A DNA stretch of 64,000 nt from Octopus vulgaris (Eukaryota), in assembly GCA_951406725.2 (NCBI GenBank), contig OX597820.1, forward strand, positions 127,038,001 to 127,102,000. The letters run 5' to 3'. Both the position numbers and the translations under genes were made by a program. Of this stretch, positions 1 to 13,346 are shown in pieces; the first letter of the stretch is position 1, and every line of letters begins with the position of its first letter. The notes under the pieces were generated by a model. It saw nothing but the letters and a program-made list of their open reading frames with translations. It did not search any database and was not told the DNA's origin.

Positions 1-176
1 GGTGACTGATGTTTGAAGTATTTGAAACAGACTGAAAAATATCTCCAACTGTCAAAGCCTGCCATAAGATAGCATGGCTATTTAGAAATAGCACTCAAAA
101 TTTACCTCAATTTATCCTCCTCTTGACTTAGGAGGTAAAAATGTCAAGTGATCTGGATAATGTAATCCTGGATATC

Positions 177-403
177 TGTTTCTTTATTGCCCACAAGGGG
201 CTACACATAGACGGGACAAACAAGGACAGAGAAAGGGACTAAGTCGATTACACTGACCGCAGTGCGTAACTGGTACTTAATTTATCGACCCCGAAAGGAT
301 GAAAGGCAAAGTTGACCTCGGCAGGAATTGAACTCAGAACGTAACGGCAGACGAAATACCACTAAGCATTTCGCCCAGCATGCTAACGATTCTGCCAGCT
401 CAC
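177..403 (-). mobile_element. tRNA-derived Meta-domain SINE (family B), near full length
   Basis: Reverse strand has GAGTTCAATTCC B-box and GCCTTTCATCCTTTCGGGGTCGATAAA Meta-like core; 21-bp TSD gataatgtaatcctggata(t/c)c at 156-176 and 404-424. Confidence 0.9.
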
Positions 404-626
404 GATAATGTAATCCTGGATACCAGTATATATATGAAGAGGTCATGGCTGGAATGTTGGTGATCATAAGATCAAAACTGATCTAAAATCTAAATAACAG
501 CAACAACAACATTAACTCTTTGCAGAAATGATTGCTAGCTATGTGGAAAATGTGGTCAAAGATAGTTTTCACAAATCATAATCTCTTAACAGAAAATTCC
601 TAACTACTCTAACTCTTTTAACTATA

Positions 627-789
627 GGCGCAGGAGTGGCTGTATGGTAAGTAGCTTGCTTACAAACCACATGATTCCGGGTTCAGACCCACTGCGTGGC
701 ACCTTGGTCAAGTGTCTTCTACTATAGCCTCGGGCTGACCAAAGCCTTGTGAGTGGATTTGGTAGACAGAAACTGAAAGAAGACTGTCG

Positions 790-822
<33 letters not shown>

Positions 823-1063
823 ATGTATGTATATGTATGTGTGCGTGTATATGTTTGTGTGTCTGTGTTTGTCCCTCCAACATCGCTTGACAACCGATGC
901 TTGTGTGTTTACGTCCCTGTAACTTAGCAGTTCGGCAAAAGAGACCGATAGAATAAGTACTAGGTTTACAAAGAATAAGTCCTGGGGTCGATTTGCTCGA
1001 CTAAAGGTGGTGCTCCAGCATGGCCACAGTCAAATGACTGAAACAAGTAAAAGAGTAAAGAGT
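627..1063 (+). mobile_element. tRNA-derived CORE-type SINE (family A, octopus OR-like), full length
   Basis: A-box TGGCTGTATGG, B-box GGTTCAGACCC, CORE-like GGCACCTTGG..AAGTGTCTT, internal (TA)n/(TG)n, tail AAGAGTAAAGAG; many further copies in the window. Confidence 0.9.
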
Positions 1064-1126
1064 ATAACCCTGATTCTTTTATCAATACATTTTTGATGCC
1101 TCCTTCTCCATTTCTAATGAACCTAC

Positions 1127-1184
1127 CTGTAATACCAGGTCAGATTGATTTAATTCTGGATGGTAGCTTGATGCAGATGAGTAC
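1127..1184 (-). CDS. Tentative internal exon (xYSSASSYHPELNQSDLVLQ), unknown gene
   Basis: gttttag| acceptor and CAG|gtaggt donor, 58 nt open frame, phase 2 to 0; no recognised homology. Confidence 0.3.
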
Positions 1185-1686
1185 CTAAAACGGCCCCACC
1201 CTACTATAGCACTGGTGGCACAATAAAATGTATCCTTTACTCACTATAAAGTGGTTTTGAAGAGAATCCAGATGTAGAATTCAAATCAAACATGGAATCT
1301 ATGAGCAAGTTGTGATGCTAACCCCTGCATAGTTGATTTATGCATGTAAAGTGCAGGTATGGCTGTGTGGTAAGATGATTGTTTCCCAACTACAAGGTGT
1401 CAGATTCAGTCCCACTGTGTGGTACCTTGGGCAAGTATCTTCTGCTATAGCCCCGGGCTGGCTAAAGCCTTGTGAGTGGATTTAGACAGAGACTGAAAAA
1501 TGCTCGTCATATATATGTATGTGTGTGTGAACGTCTGGATTATATGTAGTCATTGATTAACATATAGCTACCATTAGTTTCATACCTATATTATTGCTCT
1601 TGTCAATATAGCTAACTCATCATATTTATTATATTTGTGTCTGTCTGTGTGTGTGTGTTATTGTCTTGCCTCTTTGACATTGTGTG

Positions 1687-1736
<50 letters not shown>

Positions 1737-1738
<2 letters not shown>

Positions 1739-1957
1739 GGGTTGGCCAAAAGTCACCCGACAGTAAATCAAAATTCCATAAATACTTAATATTCAATTTT
1801 GTTTATTCATTCCAATTATGAATGTTTACAAGAAGGACAATTTTCATGATGTTTCATATTTGGATGCTTTTATTAAATCCATTCAGTTGTTAAACATAAA
1901 TAAAAATTGGAATTAAATGGTTTTGATTCACTGTCAGGTGACTTTTGGCCAGCCTTG
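1737..1957. mobile_element. Tc1/mariner-type MITE
   Basis: Terminal inverted repeats CAGGGTTGGCCAAAAGTCACCCGACAGT / ACTGTCAGGTGACTTTTGGCCAGCCTTG, TA after the right end, left end next to a (TA)n(CA)n tract. Confidence 0.8.
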
Positions 1958-1959
1958 TA

Positions 1960-2290
1960 TGTGTGTGAAATTTGCTTCCTAACCACATGTTTCTGGGTTC
2001 ATTCCTACTGTGTGGCACCTTGGGCAATAGCCCCAGGCCGATCAATGCCCTGTGAGTGGATTTGGCAGACAGAAACTGAAAGAAGCCCATCATATATATA
2101 TATCTATATGTGTGTGTCTTTGTGTCTGTGTTTGCATCCCCATAACTTAACGGTTCAGCAAAAGAGCCTGATAGAATAAGTACCAGGCTTTAAAAAATAG
2201 TTCTGGGATCAATTCATTTGACTAAAAATTCAAGCTGTTGCCCCAGCATGGCCACAGTCTAATGACTGAAATAAGTAAAAGATAAGAGAA
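1960..2290 (+). mobile_element. Family A SINE, degraded
   Basis: Aligns by eye to 627-1063 with deletions and CpG decay. Confidence 0.8.
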
Positions 2291-2865
2291 ATATATATCA
2301 TCATCATCATCATCATCATCGGTTTAACGTCCATCTTCCATACATGCATGGGTAGGATGGTTGACAGGAGTCAGCCAGGTAGAAAACTACCCCAGGCCAC
2401 TGTGTCTGTTTTGGCAGGGTTTTTACCAAACACCAACCACCCTGCAGAGTGGACTCGGTGCTTTTTACGTGGCACTAGCACAGGCAAGGTTCGTTTTGGC
2501 ATGATTTTTACAGCTGGATGCCCTTCCAGATGCCAACCACTTTAGTGTGGACTGGATGCTTTTTACACAACACCAGCACTGTCAGGGTCACCAAGTAACT
2601 CACAAGACAAGGAATTGTGAGAGGAGCAGGGGAATTTGAGGAGGGGAACTTGTGTCAGAGGATGAAAGGTTAGAGTGTGACCGAGAGACAGAGAGGCAGA
2701 AATAGGTGACATGCTATAACAGAGGGAGCATTGGAGGATGTGATCCCGTATCTGATGAGGAAAGGTTAGAGTGTAATAAAGAAATAGAGAGGCTGAAATA
2801 GGTGTCTTGCTACAGAGGAGGTACATGGTTACCCAGTGAGAGAGAGAGACATATATATATATATA

Positions 2866-3231
2866 TCATCATTTAACATCCGCTTTCCATGCTAGCATGG
2901 GTTGGATGATTTGACTGAGGTTTGGCAAACCAAATTCCAATCTGATCTGGCTGAGTTTCAACAGCTGGATGCCCTTCCTAATGCCAACCACTCAGAGAGT
3001 GTAGTGGGTGCTTTTACGTGCCACCAACATGAGGGCCAGTTTGGTGGCACTGGCAACAGCCATGCCCAAATGGTGCTTTTAACGTGCCACCTGCACAGGA
3101 GCCAGTCCAGCGGCACTGGCAACGACCTCGCTCGAATGTTTCACATGTCACCAGCACAAGTGCTAGTAAGGCAACGCGGTAACGATCACCCTTGAATGGT
3201 GTGCTTAACGTGCCATCGGCACGAAGGCCAG
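2866..3231 (-). mobile_element. (GAT)n-tailed SINE (family C) with internal ~60-nt subrepeats
   Basis: CATCATTTAACATCCGCTTTCCATGCTAGCATGGG tail, CTGGATGCCCTTCCTAA motif, repeated GGTGCTTTTACGTGCCACC units. Confidence 0.8.
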
Positions 3232-3693
3232 ATATATATATATATATATTCAGTTTTGTTTCTTTGCTTATCTGTATTTTGAATCCAATAGTTATTGTTT
3301 TTTAAGACTGTGATTATAATATATTTATTATTAATTTTTTTTTTAATTAACATTAATATTCAAATAGGAGTTAAAAACTAAACAAAAAAAACAAAAAATC
3401 CTTTTCAGAAACCGCCTGCCACTTGTCACCTTTTTACCACTTCCTTTGTCCCAAGTACCCTCATGAAATTTTCTGCTGTGCACCAGTAGATGGCACCACA
3501 CTAGCAGGCTTGAGTGATGTCATCTAGTGACATCATCTACAGATGACAAAGAAGTAAAGGAAGCACTGACCTCCTGACCTGGGTAGTGGCGCCTAGTCAA
3601 GGGTACATCTGTAGGGACACAATACATATTTCACCATTGATAATTACCTTTGAGAGATTGATTGACTGATGTCAGTTCAATTGGTTATCATAC

Positions 3694-3856
3694 CTTTCCC
3701 CTCTTACCCTGGATATTTCTTGCCTTGTGACACTGTCAGAAGAAATCAATTGTATACACGTCTCCATTATTATACATTGATCAGAAACCATGAAGAAACA
3801 TTTTATGCCTGACGATGTTTGGTAATCACAAGTGTTACTCGTTTGACAAGAATTAC
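3694..3856 (-). CDS. Tentative internal exon ([12 protein letters not shown]...QEISRVRGE), unknown gene
   Basis: acatacag| acceptor (weak pyrimidine tract), AAG|gtatga donor, 163 nt open frame ending in phase 2, compatible with 1127-1184. Confidence 0.25.
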
Positions 3857-3869
3857 CTGTATGTTTTAA

Positions 3870-4600
<731 letters not shown>

Positions 4601-5292
4601 GTAGATGTTATTTTTGTTCATAATTAGTTGATTTCATTGTTTTTCTCTAATTGCCACCATATGGCGTATTATTCTCATGTACATGTGTGTGTATTTGTGT
4701 GTATGTGTATATTTGTGTGTGCATGTGTGTGTGTGTGCATGCACGCGCATGAAAGTAGGTTGCTATTTATCACAAGGTAGCCATCATAAAGTAAATCTAT
4801 AATGAAAGATTATTCCAGCCAGGACCATCCCACTAATTTTTGTTTTTCTTTTGTTAGAGAAATTCTTATGAGACTACGTTACCTAACGTGCCCTACCTTC
4901 ATTATTATCAAGATTGAAGGCTGTGACATGAAGGAGACTTGATTACTATCTTTTGAAGGTTGAGTGGCCACACCCATTTTAGTTCCTATGGATATAGTTA
5001 TGTATGCATTAATGATAAAGACACCTGCACATTCATGTTAGTTTCTGCTGGTGTATAGCAGTGTGGGTTTATTTGTCTGTGTGTGGGTGTACATTAAAGT
5101 GTGTATGTGTGTGTATAAAATATGAATTATATTTATATTATTTGTTAATTATGTATTGGTTTATGTCTATCACTGTTTGAGTTGCATAATAGTGGTTTTA
5201 TCTCTAATTCATATTTTATATATTTATACTGTGAAATTTGATTTAATACTAAATCTAATTTTTCCCTGTAAGTTTGGAGCCATATACCCTAA

Positions 5293-5327
<35 letters not shown>

Positions 5328-6040
5328 TATATATATATATATATATACTCAAACCAGAGTCACTCAGTGTAAACATTATCATTAAAATAAACATTTCCCA
5401 AAAAAACCCACCTCTACTCATTTTTTTCAAGTATAGATATTTATGAAAATATATATCACTGGCTTATATTCTTGATGTGCTTGGTATGTGCTGCACACCC
5501 ATCAAACATGACAAATTCATTATAAATACTTCAATCATTATAATATAGATTAACCTTACTCATTAGTTTAATCACAAATCTTAATGGCAAAGTCTTGTTA
5601 TACCCTTGCTTGAAATTTGGTGGCCTTGGGTGTGGCAGCACACCTGATACAACAACCACCACACACCACTGATATATATATATATATATATATAGAATCA
5701 TAAATAACAAGAGAAATATACTGTGATAAAATTTATTTTACCACTGGAAATTCTTATTTAACGACAATTGATTCACAGCATAATAGACATGTATTAAGGT
5801 GGTGAGCTGGCAGAATCGTTAGCACACCTTGCGGAATATTTGGTGGTATTTCATCTGTCTTTACGTTCTGAGTTCAACTTTACCTTTCATCCTTTCAGGG
5901 TCAATAAATGAAGTACCAGTTACATACTGGGTTGATCTAATCGACTGGGCAAACCCCTCCAGAAATTTCAGGCCTTGTGCCTAGAATAATGATGTAGTAA
6001 GAAGGATACAGAATCTCAATGACTAATATTAGTTTAATAT

Positions 6041-6500
6041 AAGGTGGCGGGCTGGCAGAATCATTAGTATACTAGGCCAAATGCTTAGGAGCATTTCAGG
6101 TGTCTCTACATTCAAAGTTCAAATTCAGCTGAAGTCAGCTTTGCTTTCCATTCTTTCAGGGTTGATAAGATAAGTACCTATTTCTTTACTACCCACAAGG
6201 GGCTAAACACAGAGAGGACAAACAAGGACAGACAAACGGATTAAGTCGATTATATCGACCCCAGTGCATAACTGGTACTTACTTAATCAACCCCGAAAGG
6301 ATGAAGGGTAAAGTCAACCTTGGCGAAATTTGAACTCAGAACTAGCGGCAGACGAAATACTGCTAAGCATTTCTTCCGGTGTGCTAACAATTCTGCCAGC
6401 TCGCTGCCCTCTTGATAAAATAAGTACCATTCAAGCAATAGTGTTGATGTTATCAACTTAACCCTCTGCTGAAATTTCTGGCCTTGTGCTAAAATCTGAA
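6041..6500 (+). mobile_element. Family B SINE interrupted by an antisense family B copy (6179-6411)
   Basis: 17-bp TSD ttgataa(g/a)ataagtacc at 6162-6178 and 6412-6428 flanks the nested copy. Confidence 0.88.
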
Positions 6501-6886
6501 AGCATTATTACTTTAATTTGATGTTTAAAATTTATTGCTACATACGTTCTTGTTACATGTTCTTCCATGTAATTCCACATTGTCTCATCCTGTATCAGCC
6601 CCAATGCTTTTGTGAACCGTTAGTGGTTAATAAGAACAACATTATCATTGTTATTGTTATAATTACTATTATTAAGGTGCCAAGCTGGCAGAACCATTCT
6701 TTTGCCAGACAAATTACTGCTAAGTATTTTCTCCGTCTTTAGATTCTGATTCCAAATGCCACCAAACTTGACTTACCTTTCATCCTTTTGGGTTGATAAA
6801 ATAAGTACCAGCTGAGCAATGGGGTTGAGGTAATCAACTAGCACCCCACCTCAACAATTTCAGTCTTTGTGCCTATAGCAGAAAGG

Positions 6887-6922
<36 letters not shown>

Positions 6923-8281
6923 TTGCTTTAGTATTTACATTAAATGTTGACTAAGCTTCATATGAAAATATATCCAGGTTTTCCTGTGTAATTTGTCAAG
7001 TAATTCATATTTTCCTGTCCTTTCTTCAAATATATTTCTCAGTCACACTTCCTCCCAGACTGCAAGCATAACATTGAGATGAGAAAATATGACGCAACAC
7101 TAATACAATGTACAAATAGAGCAACATGACAACGACAACAAATATTTCCTTTATACCTACTTGTCGTCATCATCATTGTTTTGGCATCCACTTTTCTTTG
7201 CATGCAATAGGTTGGATAAAGAGTCTTGAGGTAGATTTTCTAAAGCCTTCTACAGATTTTCCCATGCCCACCTTGTCATAACCACTTTACCTGTCTTCCA
7301 AGCAAGGTAATATTTCCCCATGGCTAGACATGTTTTTGCAGAATATTGGAAATGAAAGGCACTCCTTGTATGACGGTGACATTCATTTACAACAATCACA
7401 CAATATCAAAACAAGGAAACACACACACAACAACAACAACAACACACACAATGAGCATTCTTTCAGTTTCTCTCTACGAATTCCCCTCAAAAATGGCCAG
7501 TCTGGAGCTGTTGCAGAAAAACACTCGCCGATGGTGCCAAGCAGTGAAACAGCCTGAAACAGTGTCCCTGGAAATTAAACTTCTGTATCACACAGCTGCA
7601 CCTCTGCCTATGGAAGTATTTGTATAGACTTGTATATATATTTTTCAGCATCTACTTGTCTATGTTAGTTTTTGCACCTACTCCTGTACACTGTTTGTAA
7701 ATCAATGTCAAAATAACATTAGTCACTGAGCTAATGTCTTCTGCTTAATGCATAAGAAACTCAAAAGAGGGCAGCAGTGTTGAATTCCCACCTTCACCAA
7801 AGCCAATAAAAGAATAAAAGAAAATAAATTAGACTGATTTTCTTCAAATTTTCTAGCCCTAACTTATTAATATACAAGACAATGTAACACAAGTAATATT
7901 GTATTCTTTAACACACATTCAAGCACATTACTAAATATCAACAAAGCGATTCCCTTACTATGGAGAGCTCAACCTATACTGATGAGGCCCAGCTGTGCAC
8001 TAACAGTGTGTATGGACACTCACACTCTTACTCAAGTAAATACAGATTTATCACTCCAATTATGTACACATTCACGAGTACTGACAGAGTACACAATGTG
8101 TCTGCAAAGTCACACAGGAGTCCACTCACAGCACAGATTCCACAGTTTGACTAGAGGCTCCATGTAGAGAGATTTTTTACATCTATAATTTTATTTAACA
8201 ATTATTAACAGCATCCTTTACAGGACCTGAATGCATTTCAACTGCATCCTGTTGGATATGCAAACTGGTGTCATGGCGGTT

Positions 8282-8512
8282 AAGGCGGCGAGCTGGCAGA
8301 AACGTTAGCACGTCGGGTGAAATGCTTGGTGATATTTCATCTGCAGCTACTTTCTGAGTTCAAATTCCACCGAGGTTGACTTTGCCTTTCATCCTTTCGG
8401 GGTCGATTAGATAAGTACCAGTTACGCACTGGGGTTGATATAATTGACTTAATCCATTTGTCTCTCCTTGTTTGTCCTCTCTGTGTTTAGCCCCTTGTGG
8501 TAGTAAAGAAAT
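8282..8512 (+). mobile_element. Family B SINE, full length
   Basis: AAGGCGGCGAGCTGGCAGAA head, GAGTTCAAATTCC B-box, Meta-like core, tail GCCCCTTGTGGTAGTAAAGAAATA. Confidence 0.9.
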
Positions 8513-8809
8513 AGGGTGCAGTTTCATCAAGGTCCTTACTCTCTGCCATTTTGTAATTGAAGAAGGAGACTAAAGGTGGATTTAGTACTAATCTTTATTC
8601 AGTACAACAATTGTTTCGACCGATTCATGCTGATTAAAGAGTTGTACTAAATCCATCTTCTTTTTCCTTCATCAATTATAAACTCAAAGACTGCAGATTT
8701 CCTGACTTAGATCTAGTGAAAATTATATCATGACTGGATGACATCAGGTAGCCCAAATGGTGAATGTGCTTTGACATACTAATAGACGTATACTCAAAGT
8801 CCAAATAAT

Positions 8810-8864
<55 letters not shown>

Positions 8865-8865
<1 letters not shown>

Positions 8866-9200
8866 AAGACACATGGCTCAGTGGTTAGAGCGTCGAGCTT
8901 ACGATTGTGAGGTTGTGAGCTTGAATCCTGGACCGGGCTGCGTGTTGTGTTCTTGAGCAAGACACTTTATTTCACGTTGCTCCAGTTCACTCATCTGTAG
9001 AAATGAGTTGCGATGTCACAGATGCCAAGCTGTATCGGCCTTTGCCTTTCCCTTGGATGACACTGGTGGTGTGGAGAGAGGAGGCCGGTATGCATGGGCA
9101 ACTGCTGGTCTTCCATAAACAACCTTGCCCAGACTTGTGCCTGGGAGGGTAACTTTCTAGGTGCAATCCCATGATCTGTGTCGTGACTGAAGGGGGTCTC
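8865..9200 (+). mobile_element. Second tRNA-derived CORE SINE (family D)
   Basis: TGGCTCAGTGGTTAGAGCG A-box, degenerate B-box, CORE-like GTGTTCTTGAGCAAGACACTTTA...CCAGTTCACTCA; related minus copy at about 57120-57368. Confidence 0.85.
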
Positions 9201-9224
9201 AGATATATATATACATACACGAGT

Positions 9225-9640
9225 GAGATTGTTACCAGAGTAACAAGCTGGCCTCCGTGTCGATGGCACGTAAAAACACCATTCGAGCGTGATCATTACC
9301 TGTGTCGCCTTACTGGTACTTGTGCTAGTGGCATATGAAAAAAACATTTGAGCGAGGTCTTTGCCAGTGCTGCTGGACTGGCTCCTGTACAGGTCGCACA
9401 TAAAAAGCACCATTTGAGCATGGCCGTTTCCAGTACTGCCTGACTGGCCCTTGTGCCGGGGGTATGTAAAAGCACCCACTACACTCTCAGAGTGGTTGGT
9501 GTTAGGAAGCGCATCCAGCAGTAAAAACTCTGCCAGATCAGATTGGAGTCTGGTGCAGCCATCTGGTTCGCCAGTCCTCAGTCAAACCGTCCAACCCATG
9601 CTAGCATGGAAAGCGGACGTTAAACGATGATGATGATGAT
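9225..9640 (+). mobile_element. Family C SINE
   Basis: Four ~60-nt subrepeats, GTTAGGAAG.GCATCCAGC motif, CCCATGCTAGCATGGAAAGCGGACGTTAAAC(GAT)n tail. Confidence 0.85.
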
Positions 9641-9949
9641 ATATACATAGACACACATGCATAATGGACTTTTTTAGTGTTTTTCTACCGAATCCACCTT
9701 ACATGGCTTTGGATAGCCTGGGGGTTGTAATCGAATATGCCTGCCCAAGATGCCATGCTGTGGGACTGAACCCAAAACCACATGGTTGAAAAGCAAGCTT
9801 CTTAACCACAAAATCCCATTCAGATCAATTTTGACTTTCATCCTTCCAGTGTTGATAAAATAAAGTATCAATCAAATATTGGGATGATTTAATCAACAAT
9901 AACCAGCCATCAGTTTATATTACCTTGTGCAAATGCTTGAAATCAATAT

Positions 9950-9981
<32 letters not shown>

Positions 9982-10206
9982 GCAGCAATACCATTCCTAT
10001 AATATTCTGAAGAATATCTCACCTGGCACTTGCTCTTTATTCCATTTCATATATCCTCAAGCTTCGTTTAAATAAAAAATATATATATTTACATTCTTTC
10101 TTCATTCAATCCTAAATTAATGTTCAAAATTTAATTTGAGGAATTTTATTTTTATTAAACTGAAAGCAAATGTCATGTATAAAATAAATATATTTAAAAT
10201 TCAAAT

Positions 10207-10244
<38 letters not shown>

Positions 10245-11048
10245 ATCTATTCATTTATCTCATTCTCTCTATACATTTCAATCTCCCTCTCACTCCCACC
10301 TCTTTTTATTTCACTATTACTTTATTATTAAGAATGGATTATTATTATTATTATTATCATTATTATTATTATTATTATTATTATCATTACCACTATTGTT
10401 GTTGTTGTTGTTGTTACGGTGCATATGAAATCAATTGTCTTAAGCTGTAATTCTCAATATTCTTTCTACTCTCTGAGAATTTCTTTTCTTTTTTGTCTTT
10501 TTTTATTTTTCTAAAGTTTTCAAAATTCCTTGTCAGTAAACGAAAATTCTAGGAAGGCTTACTTTCATGATTTCATGCTGATAATCAGATTTTTGTTTTA
10601 AAATTAAGTAAAAGAAAAACAAAACAAAAAAAGCAAAATTTTAGATAAATAATTTTAAAAAATACAGCAAAAAACAAATAAAATAATCTCTCTCACTCCT
10701 CTAAAAAAATAATAGGTCTTTCTAGATTTCCTCTGTTTTTAGAGTTTGTGTGGCTTTTACGTATAGGGTTGTAAGGAGTTAGTTCTGAGCTTGGGTGGAG
10801 TTCTTATTGATAGCTAATTGGGTTGGGTGTTACCACATTTCCCCCTCTATCTACCTGTGCGTGCATGCGTACCTGCGTGCGTGAGTTTATATGAAATCTG
10901 GAATACTGAAAACTTTGGCTTCAAATAGTAATCAGAGACAAACGGAAAAAGAAAAAGGTGAATAAGAAAAGCAAGACATTTATCTTTTACTGTGTAGTCT
11001 TCATTTCCCCATGGCTTCAATGTGTTTGCATTTGTGTATGTATGTATA

Positions 11049-11445
11049 TCATCATCATCATTATCATCTAACGTCCGCTTTCCATGCTAGCATGGGTTGG
11101 ACGGTTCAACTGGGGTCTGGGAAGCCCGAAGGCTGTACCAGGTCAGTCATATCTGGCGGTGTTTCTACAGCTGGATGCCCTTCCTAACGCCAGCCACTCC
11201 GTGAGTGTAGTGGGTGCTTTTTATGTGCCACCGACACAGGTGCCAGACGAGGCTGGCGAACAGCCATGCTCGGATGGTGTTTTTTATGTGCCACCGGCAC
11301 GGAGACCAGGCAGGGCTGGCACGGCCATGATCGGATGGTGTTTGTTACGTGCCACCAGCACGGAGGCCAGTCGATGCAGTGCTGGCTACGGCCACGTTCG
11401 GATGGTTCTCTTATGTGCCACCATCCGAACGTGGCCGTAGCCAGC
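11049..11445 (-). mobile_element. Family C SINE
   Basis: Same tail and four subrepeats, reverse orientation. Confidence 0.85.
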
Positions 11446-11447
11446 AC

Positions 11448-11481
<34 letters not shown>

Positions 11482-11495
11482 GTATATGTATGTAT

Positions 11496-11915
11496 TCTTT
11501 TACTAAATTCAGTCATTTGGCTGCAGCCATGCTGGAGCACAGCCTTAGAGGGTTTTAGTCATAGAAATCGACCCCAGGACTTATTCTTTGTAAGCCTAGT
11601 ACTTAATCTATCGGCCTCTTTTTGCCAAACTGCTAAGTTACAGGGACATAAACACACCTACATCGGTTGTCAAGCGATGGTTGGGGTGACAAACAAAGAC
11701 ATGCACACACAAATATATACGAAAATATATATATATATAATATATATGATGGGCTTCTTTCAGTTTCTGTCTATCAAATCCACTCACAAGGCTTTGGTTG
11801 GCCCGAGATTGTAGTAAGAGACACTTGTCCAAGGTGTCATGTAATGGTACTGAACCCAGAACCATGTGGTTGGGAAGCAAGCTTCTTACCACAAAGCCAT
11901 GCTTGTACCTATAGC
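11496..11915 (-). mobile_element. Family A SINE, full length
   Basis: Reverse complement of the 627-1063 pattern. Confidence 0.85.
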
Positions 11916-12739
11916 CTATGTATATATATATATATATATTTGTATGTATATATTCATATATTTTTTTTTACATTTTTATATTTATATAGATATCATTCTC
12001 ATCATTTAATGGTCATATTTCATGCTGGCATGGGCTGGTCAGTTCCATAGAGTCCAACTAGCCTGAAGTTGGTCTCCAATGTCTACTTTGGCAAGGTTTC
12101 TATGGCAGGATGCTCTTCCTAGTTGCTAGCAATTTACAGATGTACTAGTTGCCTTTTTCATGGCACCAGCACTAGTAAGGTCACCATGTTACTCACAAAA
12201 CAAAACCTTTTTGACACAGTAGAGTTGCAGTATTGAGGTTTGTGATTTTGTGCCTGACGTCAAGAGGCTAAAGTAGAAAAGAAGGATGAGAACATGTGCC
12301 TTGCTGTAGAGAAGATGCATGGCTACCCCAGCCGTAAAGGAAGAAAGGATGGTGGAGATGAGGTATCAGGGCATATTCTCAAGGTACAAGAATCAAGGGT
12401 GAATGGATGATTAAGTAGGTTCTTGAGATTTGCGAAAGCCAAGCGACAGGCTGCAGAGGTGATAACAGAAGTGAAGGCTGTAAATGTTGGATAAGAATGG
12501 ACGCAGGGGCAATGGTGAGTCTAAATTAGAAGGAATGTGAGGAAAATAGGAGGGGGTCATGGAGGGGGCAGCGATTGATGGTAATACATACATAAAAAGG
12601 GGGGGGGTGTTGGTATGATAAAACAGTAGGAGTGGCTGTGTGGTAAGTAGCTTGCTTACCAACCACATGGTTCCAGGTTCATTCCTACTGTGTGGCACCT
12701 TGGGCAAGTGTTTTCTACTATAGCCTTGGGCTGACCGCA

Positions 12740-12784
<45 letters not shown>

Positions 12785-12849
12785 GTACATGTAAAAGTTC
12801 ATATATATAAATGCATACATGTAAGAAGCATAATGATGATGGATATATG

Positions 12850-12882
<33 letters not shown>

Positions 12883-13278
12883 ATGACCGGTTCCTTTTAG
12901 TTTCTCTCTACCAAATCCACCCCCAAGGCATTTGGTTAGCCTAGTGCTATTGTAGAAAGCTCTTGTCCAAAATGGCACCTAATCATAAAGAAACACAAAT
13001 ATCTTGATATTTCGTACTAAATACATAAACAAATAAATAAAAAATATTTTCCATGACACTTTTTATTTATTTATTTATTTTGCCTCCCGTTTTTTTCTCC
13101 TTTCTCTCAGAAAGGAAGAAGGTATTACAATTATTTGTTTGCCAAGGTTGAAGGTCGAAACCAGCTTCTGTACATTAACAACAACAACAGCAACAATAAA
13201 AACTCTAAATGCCTTTGGCAATTAGACTTGGCTGACATTTCCGCTTCTGCGATATGTAGCATCATTCGCGTGTGCATG

Positions 13279-13346
<68 letters not shown>

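Noticed and set aside
627-700. tRNA-like sequences at SINE heads
   Set aside because: A/B boxes run into SINE bodies with no complete cloverleaf; not tRNA genes
7979-7995. CTGATGAGGCC hammerhead-like start
   Set aside because: No complementary stem II or GAAA downstream
11210-11445. Repeat-spacer appearance resembling a CRISPR array
   Set aside because: Eukaryotic SINE subrepeats with homologous linkers, degenerate repeats and no cas genes
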